Shown piece by piece: positions 10,424 through 18,300 of a DNA stretch of 64,000 nucleotides (positions are counted from its first letter, which is position 1; each line of letters starts with the position of its first letter). The stretch lies in assembly GCA_041662125.1 (NCBI GenBank), contig JBAZTA010000001.1:195118-259117 (forward strand), in the 5' to 3' direction. The notes beneath the pieces are model-generated. The model was given only the letters and a program-made list of their open reading frames with translations. It had not been told where the DNA came from and made no database searches. The stretch comes from Candidatus Omnitrophota bacterium. GTDB taxonomy: Bacteria; Omnitrophota; Gorgyraeia; Gygaellales; Profunditerraquicolaceae. The position numbers and the translations under genes are program-made.

Positions 10424-11209
10424 ATGAATCCTATCTTAGAAGTTAACGCAATAACCAAGAATTTCTTTTCTCCCCCTTCCTTCAAACAACTCTTCAGAGG
10501 CAACAAAAAAAAAGAAACTCCGGTACGAGCGCTGGAAAACATTTCATTTTCTCTTAAACCTGGAGAAATCATCTCCCTGCTTGGACCCAATGGGGCGGGA
10601 AAAACGACACTTCTTAAGATTATCGTAAAGCTTCTACTTCCAGACCAAGGCTCAATTATTGTAAACGGTTATACCAGTGAGGTTAACGATGAGAAAATAA
10701 AATCCACCTTGGGTATAGCAACTTCTGCTGAACGCAGCTTTTACGCCAGGTTAAGCGGAAGGCAAAACCTGGAATTCTTTGCCGCGCTGTATGGACTAAA
10801 CAAAAAACAAACTAAAAACAAGATCCAGGAACTGGGCGGATTCTTCAATGCGCATTACCTCGATAAACGCTTTGATACATATTCCGCAGGCATGCAACAA
10901 ACCTTAGGGCTCATACGAGGGCTTATGCATGAACCAAAATTACTCCTGCTTGATGAGCCCACAAAATCACTCGATTACATAAGCACGCAACACCTGCATG
11001 GGTTTATCAGAGATTTATCAAAACAATACGGCACGGCCATTATCATGACAACACATCGTATGGATGAAGCGGCACATTTCGCGGGGCTCATCATGATACT
11101 TGATAAAGGCAGGCTTCGCGCGTTCGGGAGCCGGGATGAGATCAGAAAACAAATAGCTCAACCTCATGCCACCTTAGAGGAAATATTTACCCGGCTGACG
11201 ACCCTATGA
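10424..11209 (+). CDS. ABC transporter ATP-binding protein (Wzt-like, ABC-2 exporter)
   Basis: 261 aa. Walker A GPNGAGKTT, signature YSAGMQQ, Walker B LLLLDEPT. Confidence 0.8.
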   Translation: MNPILEVNAITKNFFSPPSFKQLFRGNKKKETPVRALENISFSLKPGEIISLLGPNGAGKTTLLKIIVKLLLPDQGSIIVNGYTSEVNDEKIKSTLGIATSAERSFYARLSGRQNLEFFAALYGLNKKQTKNKIQELGGFFNAHYLDKRFDTYSAGMQQTLGLIRGLMHEPKLLLLDEPTKSLDYISTQHLHGFIRDLSKQYGTAIIMTTHRMDEAAHFAGLIMILDKGRLRAFGSRDEIRKQIAQPHATLEEIFTRLTTL

Positions 11210-12012
11210 CCAATAAAATCATCGCCTTTTTAAAAAAAGACTTTCTCATCGAATCAAGTTACAAGTTATCATTTATTTTTAACGCGTTAAGCGTTCTGGC
11301 CAGTACCCTGGCTTATTTCTTTATCGATAAATTATTCGGGCATCTGATCGTCGGGCATTTGCAGGAATTTGGCGTGACCTATTTCTCGTATGTGCTTTTA
11401 GGCATGGCTACTTTTAGCTATGTCGGAGTCGGCATAGGATCATTTTCAGCGCGGCTGCACTCTGAACAGGTCCAGGGGACATTGGAAGCAATCCTTTCGA
11501 CCCCAACGTCGATCCCTACCCTCTTATATTCACTGGCTAACTAGAACCTCTGCCTGGCGACATTCGATATGCTGATCTATATTATTTTAGGGGTCTATTT
11601 GTTTCATATAGACCTTTCCCATATTAATATCCTCTCAACCGGGATAATCTTTATACTTACCATCGCCACTTTCAGCAGCCTCGGCATTATTTCTGCGAGT
11701 TTCATCATGGTCTTTAAACGGGGCAATCCTATCAGTTGGCTGGCCAGCAACCTTGAAGGGCTTATTGGAGGGGTTTATTTCCCGATAACGGTTTTGCCGG
11801 CATGGGGGCAATTCCTGGCAAAACTTTTTCCCATTACCTATGCGATCAGGGCGCTGCAATTGTCAGTCTATCAGGGCTACAGTCCCCAACAGTTAAAAAA
11901 AGAGATCCTCGCCCTCTTCCTCTTTACCCTTATCCTGCTCCCCTTGAGCCTTTCCTTATTCAAACACAGCATTAAAATAGCGAAGAAAAACGGCAGCCTC
12001 GCAAAATATTAA
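11206..12012 (+). pseudogene. ABC-2 type transporter permease (Wzm-like) interrupted by an in-frame TAG at 11542-11544
   Basis: ORFs 11206-11544 and 11569-12012 are in the same frame (…LYSLAN*NLCLATFDMLIYII…) and together give a canonical ~265-aa six-TM ABC-2 permease. Start overlaps the ATPase stop (ATGA). Confidence 0.6.
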
Positions 12013-12051
12013 TGCTCAAAGGCAAAGACTAAAAAAGAAATCTTGTCTCAT

Positions 12052-12285
12052 AATGAACCTATCGATTTTTCTCGCTCAACACGATTTTTCACCTCAAAGC
12101 ATAACGGACGCCAATGATCTTTGGCATTTCGGTGGCTGCTGAACTCGTGTTTTTTGCTCTAGCAAAAAACCCTCGAACAGCATCGCCATCCCAGATTGTC
12201 AGCCTTTCGGCTGACCTGGGATTCCCTCAATGCCAAAGCTCCATTGGCTAAAATCGTGATTCGCTCGAAAAACCGATAGGTTCAT
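12052..12285. repeat. Long composite hairpin / MITE-like inverted-repeat element
   Basis: ~35-bp imperfect terminal inverted repeats: aatgaacctatcgatttttctcgctcaacacgattt / aaatcgtgattcgctcgaaaaaccgataggttcatt. Nested inner inverted repeats (gccaatgatctttggcatt / aatgccaaagctccattggc). Internal perfect hairpins (GTTTTTTGCT..AGCAAAAAAC; GTCAGCCtttcGGCTGAC). Confidence 0.5.
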
Positions 12286-12328
12286 TTTTATCCCTCTACC
12301 TCATAAAAGTTTATTCTACCCTGACTAC

Positions 12329-12492
12329 TAACGGGTGGCTTGGACTGTTTTCGAGCGGGGCATAAAGGCAAGGAGCGGGCACGGTGTCCGAGTGAAACGA
12401 GGACGAGCGACGCAGCCGACCTGAGTGCAGCCACGCCACGCCGGGGCGTGGCAAACGTCCCCGCGAGAAACAGTCCAAGACAGGACCCGTTA
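12329..12492. ncRNA. Candidate structured ncRNA, family not identified; GC-rich rod-like element
   Basis: Nested complementary helices: taacgggt/acccgtta (12329-36 / 12485-92), cttggactgttt/aaacagtccaag (12339-50 / 12468-79), gcgggg/ccccgc, gccacgcc/ggcgtggc. About 62% GC in a genome of about 41% GC. Sits in a convergent intergenic region. Confidence 0.3.
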
Positions 12493-12600
12493 CCTGGCAT
12501 AATATCATTAAGAGAAAAAAACCGACAGATTCATTCTAAAATAGCAGGCTATAATAGATTTAGTGGTTTGTTAAGGTTAGGATATTAGACAGGAACAATT

Positions 12601-12876
12601 TTAAACGGGAATTACCAGGCCTTTGCTCACTAGCTCTTCAATAAACTCCACAGCATCCTTTTGCAGGCTGCTTTCTTCGACTTCAAATTCATCATGAATA
12701 ATCACGAGGATCTCCCGGCAGGTTTTAGTGCCGTCAATAAGTTCCCAAATTCTCGTACCTGCCGCATTCAAAGGATAGATCAATCCGTCTTTCGGATCAA
12801 CCAACAATGCCTCTTCTTCAATCGTCCTCCAGGCAATACTCTGGTTACGCTTTATTTTCTTATCCAATAATTCCAT
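12601..12876 (-). CDS. PqqD-family RiPP recognition element (RRE) protein, stand-alone
   Basis: Matches K. pneumoniae PqqD from memory: W..(hydrophobic)..P..G....LN..(A/G)..I.EL.DG..........EF.........V.EF…L…KG motifs line up (IAWRT…YPLNAAGTRIWELIDGTKT…DAVEFIEELVSKGLV). Start assigned to the internal ATG at 12876, which has a GGAGG RBS; the ORF-track start at 12933 would overlap the kinase gene by 74 nt. Confidence 0.75.
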   Translation of the reverse strand: MELLDKKIKRNQSIAWRTIEEEALLVDPKDGLIYPLNAAGTRIWELIDGTKTCREILVIIHDEFEVEESSLQKDAVEFIEELVSKGLVIPV

Positions 12877-13669
12877 CAATATACCTCCAGATAGCTTCAT
12901 CCTGTTTAAAATAAAGTTGGTAACAGGGCACATTGTGCGTCAGATCCGCCAAAGAGACTAATAAAGTATTAACAATAGCCCTATCAGGAATATTGACCAA
13001 AATATTATGCAGTAATTCCTTAACGGCATCAGCCTGTTTAAGGCGGCGATGCGTAAACAATCTATCTTTAGAAATCAAGAAGATCGCTTTAAGCGGCGCT
13101 CCCTTGTTTTCATCAGGTAAACCAAAATCACCAAAGAAAGGCGTCGCATACGCATAGAATTTGCCTTTACGCTTAAGGATCGCCGCTGTTTCATCTGTCA
13201 AAACAATACTGCCTTGAGACAGCCGCGCAATAGTAGTTTTACCGCTCTCTGAGGGCCCAAAGAACACATACGAAAAACCACGGTGTAAAACTACACTTGC
13301 GTGCAGCAGGAATCCGCTTTTTTTCAATAAAACAACAAAACACAAAAACCGCAGCACATCAACAATCCCGACATCGGGCACTGCTGAAACACTCACCTTT
13401 TTCTTGCAAAAATCAACCTTCAGGTCAAAGGTCGCTGTTTTAAATTTCGATAAACTCTTTTGAAAGCAGTTGCAAGAACTATACCGCAGATCCTTAGGTC
13501 CTTTTCTTTTGTTTAATTGCAATGATACCAGATAATCCGGCCTATCCTGAGTGACAAAAAGGCAATAATTTTTCTTCAACCAAGTGATCTGCCGCAACTC
13601 TGCGCATCCAACTTCAAAAACAATGTCTACAAGTTTAATTTTTATCCGGTGGGCCATAATTCTTATCAA
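12860..13669 (-). CDS. HprK-related kinase (HPr kinase/phosphorylase C-terminal-domain-like), RiPP-tailoring-kinase type
   Basis: 269 aa. LHASVVLHRGFSYVFFGPSESGKTTIA is the HprK P-loop (G.SG.GKS/T) context. Start overlaps the upstream peptidase stop (ATGA). Confidence 0.7.
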   Translation of the reverse strand: MIRIMAHRIKIKLVDIVFEVGCAELRQITWLKKNYCLFVTQDRPDYLVSLQLNKRKGPKDLRYSSCNCFQKSLSKFKTATFDLKVDFCKKKVSVSAVPDVGIVDVLRFLCFVVLLKKSGFLLHASVVLHRGFSYVFFGPSESGKTTIARLSQGSIVLTDETAAILKRKGKFYAYATPFFGDFGLPDENKGAPLKAIFLISKDRLFTHRRLKQADAVKELLHNILVNIPDRAIVNTLLVSLADLTHNVPCYQLYFKQDEAIWRYIDGIIG

Positions 13670-14112
13670 AATTTTTTAAGCAGATATCTAAGCCGCGCTA
13701 TGCAGGGAAGAAAAAACGCTAAACACAACCCAAAGATCCGGGCATTCCAGGTATCAAGACAAACCACGCCTTTGTCTTTCTTAACCAAAGTTACCTTGCC
13801 AAGCAATTCTTTTGAGCCGATAAAAGTTTCAAGTGAAAAACCGGTATCAGCTTTCGCCATGACAAGCAATTCGCCGTTTCTACGCGCTTTCTTGATGACT
13901 CTATGGCTTATGAGACTATTCTGCCTCTTAAAAACAACTATATCACCATAATGCAGCTGGCTGAGCAAACAAGGAGAAATCGAGACAAGATCATTTTCTT
14001 TTAAAACCGGCACCATACTCTTACCGGTAACCCGCGCCCAACTTCCTTGATTCTTTTGCAACGCTTCGCTAAACAAAGTAAGTGAGCACAAAGAAAAATC
14101 ATGCTCAGTCAT
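13666..14112 (-). CDS. S24/S26-family (LexA/signal-peptidase-like) serine peptidase; candidate leader peptidase
   Basis: 148 aa. TGKSMVPVLKENDLV…YGDIVVFKR matches the G-x-S-M-x-P…GD…K Ser/Lys-dyad motif. ATG overlaps the TAA of the upstream peptide ORF (TAATG). Confidence 0.5.
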   Translation of the reverse strand: MTEHDFSLCSLTLFSEALQKNQGSWARVTGKSMVPVLKENDLVSISPCLLSQLHYGDIVVFKRQNSLISHRVIKKARRNGELLVMAKADTGFSLETFIGSKELLGKVTLVKKDKGVVCLDTWNARIFGLCLAFFLPCIARLRYLLKKF

Positions 14113-14270
14113 TATGAAGAATTAGTAGTACGCTGGCCCTTGCCTGTGCCAGTACGGCTGGTTTGAGAACACGTTACTGCAGTTGCCCTGCAACAAAGCG
14201 CAGCCCCTACTTCCATCATTTTAACTGCCTTTAACTGCGGTTTCTCATATGGTTTCTTTTTTTTGTTCAT
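14112..14270 (-). CDS. Candidate RiPP precursor peptide (52 aa), not in ORF track
   Basis: Minus strand AGGGAGGTGCC-ATG…TAA translates to MNKKKKPYEKPQLKAVKMMEVGAALCCRATAVTCSQTSRTGTGKGQRTTNSS. Basic leader with a Y-x-x-P-x-L motif; Cys/Ser/Thr-rich C-terminal half ending in Ser-Ser. 10 nt after the rSAM stop; stop overlaps the peptidase start. Confidence 0.5.
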   Translation of the reverse strand: MNKKKKPYEKPQLKAVKMMEVGAALCCRATAVTCSQTSRTGTGKGQRTTNSS

Positions 14271-14280
14271 GGCACCTCCC

Positions 14281-15354
14281 TTAACTTATCCTGTCATTAT
14301 ACAACTCATAATCAACTTTTGAAATACAACGCAGGGTATCATAACAAGCTTTTACATCTTTTTTCTCTAAATATGCTAACCCTAAGCACTTCTTGCAAAA
14401 ACGGATATACCGGCAATCCAGGCAATCCGGCATATCAGCGTAGGTGCGCAAATTATCCAATTCTTTGCGTAATGCTGACGGCGATTGCCAGATCTCTCGA
14501 AAACTCATCTTTCTGATATTTCCCATGGGGATCAACAGTTGAATACAGGGATACACATCCCCGTACGGAGAAATATAACAACCGATCACTCCTGTTCCGC
14601 ATAAGAGTTTTTCAAGCGGCTTATCCCAATAACCATGCTTCTTTTCAGAAAGAGGGATATTCGCGCGGGCAATCATTGAACGGATCTGGCCCTCATTGAT
14701 CTGATATTGTTTAGGCTCAGGCGAACCGTCATTTTTACAGGAAAGCTCCATGGTAAAACGATACGCCTGCGCTCCTATCTGATAACAGAATTCTTCAATT
14801 TCTTTTTCTTGATGCACATTACCATTCATTATAGCTGATTTCAATACTACCTTCAAATGATTATCTTTCAAGGATTTCACCGCTCTGCAGAGCTCTTCAA
14901 ACGATCCCGGCCGCCGCGTAATAGCATCATGCACTGCTGCAGTTGAACCATAAACGCTCATTTCAACACATAAAGGAGAAAGCTCTGCAATACGCCTGGC
15001 GCAGGTATCATCGATCAAGGTAGCGTTGGTGAAAATATTCAGCGCGAAATTCTTTTTTCTGGCATAGCGGGCAATCTTAAAAAAATCCCGGCGCAAGAAA
15101 ACTTCCCCTCCGGAAAGGGTAAGATATAATGATCCGACCTCAGATAACTGGTCTAAGAGAGAGAATATTTCACCGGTAGATAATTCTTTTTGGTTAGAAG
15201 GAAAGCTTTCTGACAAACCTTGACAATAACAGTGGATACAATCCTGATTACACCGATAGGTCAGGTCAAGATGGGCCCAAAGAGGTATTTTTCGCTCTTC
15301 TACCTTAGCTAAGATGGTATTAAATTGATATTCTGCCTTGTGGCACGATTGCAT
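14281..15354 (-). CDS. Radical SAM / SPASM-domain peptide-modifying enzyme
   Basis: 357 aa. CNQDCIHCY is the CxxxCxxC radical SAM motif. C-terminal SPASM-type Cys cluster: CGTGVIGCYISPYGDVYPC…CLDCRYIRFCKKC. Confidence 0.8.
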   Translation of the reverse strand: MQSCHKAEYQFNTILAKVEERKIPLWAHLDLTYRCNQDCIHCYCQGLSESFPSNQKELSTGEIFSLLDQLSEVGSLYLTLSGGEVFLRRDFFKIARYARKKNFALNIFTNATLIDDTCARRIAELSPLCVEMSVYGSTAAVHDAITRRPGSFEELCRAVKSLKDNHLKVVLKSAIMNGNVHQEKEIEEFCYQIGAQAYRFTMELSCKNDGSPEPKQYQINEGQIRSMIARANIPLSEKKHGYWDKPLEKLLCGTGVIGCYISPYGDVYPCIQLLIPMGNIRKMSFREIWQSPSALRKELDNLRTYADMPDCLDCRYIRFCKKCLGLAYLEKKDVKACYDTLRCISKVDYELYNDRIS

Positions 15355-15372
15355 CGTATCGAAAAAAACAGC

Positions 15373-18300
15373 TTACTTCTTAATGACCATAGCCGGGTCG
15401 CCAAAAAGATTATAGGTTTCTAAGATCGCCCTGATATTAGGATTATTCTTTTCGTACACATATTTCTTTGCCAACTGTATTGCTTCACCAAAACTCATAT
15501 TCATATTATTGTTATCAAATACCGCCTGATAGAAACCTTTCGCGAAGAATTCCTGCTCTTCAGGAGAACTCACGATACTGGGAAATACCCCGCCTGCCGC
15601 TCCTTTATCAGGAGTTAAAAGCAATACTTCACCCACTGAATCAAGAATCCTTTGCGGATATATAAAATAACCGTTAGCGCAGGTCAAAGTAATAAAGAAT
15701 GGATATTTTCCCGTATTGGTAAGGCGCCCCACATCCGCATTGGTAAATACACGGCTGGTCGACCATAAACTTATTCCTCCGTGTCCCGTATACGTGACAA
15801 AAGAAACTCCCCGGTTAATTTCCTCAAGGATCCCCTGATGCACGGCCGATGCGCTATCATTATCGAGGTATAACTTGACCTTTTGATCAGGAGCAGGGAA
15901 TTCCAGCGCCAGCCTATCAGAAAGCGACGAATAGGCTTTATGTTCATCTCCATCAGCTACGAGAAGATGGTTTCCGGTAGAATACCCTGCTGTTTCATAA
16001 TTAATGATCTTCTGTATGACTGCCTGCAGTTGCACTGTGTCGTTAACCGGGAGTCGGCCGATCATCATTTTTGGCAGAGCTGAATCTTCAAATGTAGCAA
16101 ACCAGCCATCTGAAGGCCCTTCTCCAAAACGGCCTGCATATACCAGGTATGCCGGCACCAGATTTTTAGCGCCTAATTGATACTGATCTTTATAATCAAA
16201 CGTACCGTCCCCGACAAACAACACATATTTTGGCTTCGGCAGCTGCCAATTCAGATAGGCATACTTCAAGAAATCTTTAATAGCAACCGGCGAGAAAACC
16301 CCGTAATTAAACGCATCATATATCTCATCGACCGTTACAACTTTGACCGAGTACCCTTGAGATGCCCTATACTCTACTAAAGGTTTAATACCCTCGAGGA
16401 AATCGCTATGCGTAATGACAATATAATCCGCCTGGTTAGTTTTCTTTATGATATCAGAAGGCCCAGATTGCGTGATCTCAACCGGCGAGCGCACCCCTTT
16501 ATCGGATACCGCCACGTACATCCGCTTATTCTTGTCACGATTATTAAATCGCGCGCTGTATGTTAACCCGTTATTTTCAACGCTGACATTGGCAAGCCGC
16601 ACCGGCCGGTTTTCTCTCGTAATATCAAACACATTAATTTTATCTGAGCTAAACCCAGTAATATAATACGTCGAGGCTTGAGCTTTTCCTTCAAACACAA
16701 GCGCATCATTTTGAGCAACGAAATTACGCGGGTATTGCAGCTTAACCCAATCCAAAAGCACTAATTGAGGAAGCAGGCCACCGTCGTCAGGAACTTCGAT
16801 CCTGAGGATATTCGAGCCTTCGGATAAAACAGTCGCATCAAATTCCCCCTGACAGACATAATACGTATCTCCATTCCACTGCCCAGCAGCAACGGCAACT
16901 CCATTAATATACACTTTTATTTTTTGCAGGTTGTTGCCCGCCATTAATATACTTGAGAACCCCTGCAGCCCTATTTGAATACGCGCGCTGCCTCCGGAAA
17001 CATTTAATTGGTCAACAGAAAGCTCTAATTCATAGTCCATAGGAGAAAATAATTCATCCGCCCAAAACCAGTGCTCTTCGCCGTTAATTTCAGGATAATA
17101 ACTGCTGTTATCTTCCAGCTTTACCTCGCTCATATAATAACCTTGCACAGTTCCGGCAGAAGACGCAAGCCTATTTTCTATTCTTTCTCCATTTTTATTT
17201 ATCATAAGCCAATAAATATTGCGTTTGGCATAACGGGTATCAATTGCCTTGGCGTAAAACTCGATATAATCATCCCCGGCAATGACCGACACCACTTTAC
17301 CCTGATTAAGCAGTTTGATATTCGCAGGGTCAAACAGGCTTGCATCAAAGCCTGCCGTTTGCAGATCAAGTTTAGTGAGCCGGTACATCCCATCCTGCTC
17401 AACTGCCAGTTTGAACACATCTTTCTGATTTTGCACCCTTTGCAGGCGAACCGCGGGAACATTCAGGGCATCCTTAAGGGTATTACGCTCTTTAAGTTTC
17501 TTGCCGTTACGCAATAGTATACTCTCTTCTTTATCCAGCCAGGAATTATCTCCGACTCCGACACTTACCGGGCCGACATACGTTTCTCCTGTAGGCCGGT
17601 TAAGAACTCCCAAGATATAATAATAATTCACATTGGGTTCGGTATCAATCACTTCGTAATTCTTGCCGCTGATCGGGCCGCCGCAGGAAGGAATGAATTT
17701 ACCTACCGGCACATAACTTTCTTTGTTATCCGGGGTCAAGCTGCGGTATACCTGGAAGCCTTTAACGGCAATTTCTGATTCGCTGGTAAAACGCACAGAA
17801 ATATTATTATCTCTGTTGTAATTCGCCGCTAATGAAACGATCTTTGCCGCGGTAGGTTCGCTAATAGCGATATAACGCAGGCTCATAAGAGCAAAGTCCC
17901 AATCCCTGGTTGCTGCGGCAGTCGCGGTAGATGTAGAAGTACCCAGCCTTAAATTTCCCAGGTTATTCGTCGTATCGATATAATCAGGCAGATTATTCTG
18001 ATACGTAGTAGTATAAAACGTTAACGTTGTAGTCGCGTTAGTCGAACCGGAACTGATCCAGCCTCCGGTCGTATTATTAATTCCGGTATAATCTAGCAAA
18101 CCTAATGTCACGGTATTGGTTGCCAGATTGCTCCTAAACCTGTTCGCAAGCCTGATACCGGTGATTTTTGAACCATATGGGATCGTTAAAGGGAATGAAA
18201 GATTACTTGATGAGCAATAGTTCGTTGCCCATGTCCCTGCCCGGTCTAAAGCATAAAACGTTGCAGCGCTCGTCGTAACCGTAGTATGCTGCCAGGTGGA

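Noticed and set aside
12329-12492. Possibility that the GC-rich element is SRP RNA, RNase P RNA, tmRNA or 6S RNA
   Set aside because: I could not find the SRP domain-IV GGAA/AGCAGC symmetric-loop context, the RNase P P4/CR regions or the tmRNA tag-ORF and terminal tRNA-like arms. 6S cannot be excluded without a covariance model. The family is therefore left unassigned.
12288-12588. Three overlapping six-frame ORFs (65-82 aa) rich in Arg/Pro/Gly/Ser
   Set aside because: They lie entirely within the GC-rich structured element and have no RBS. Their composition is typical of translated GC-rich non-coding sequence. They are treated as part of the candidate ncRNA, not as genes.
12601-15354. Calling the cassette a lasso peptide cluster
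   Set aside because: It has a YxxPxL leader, a PqqD RRE, an HprK-like kinase and a PF14907-like NTase. However, no asparagine-synthetase-like lasso cyclase and no transglutaminase-like leader protease exist in the window. A radical SAM/SPASM enzyme and an S24-like peptidase are present in their place. It is reported as a novel hybrid RiPP system, not as a lasso cluster.
14281-15354. The radical SAM/SPASM protein as an anaerobic sulfatase-maturating enzyme
   Set aside because: Size and SPASM architecture are compatible with that assignment. However, no sulfatase gene is nearby. It is immediately followed by a small Cys-rich peptide gene and flanked by RRE, kinase and peptidase genes. The alternative is retained only as a refutation test.
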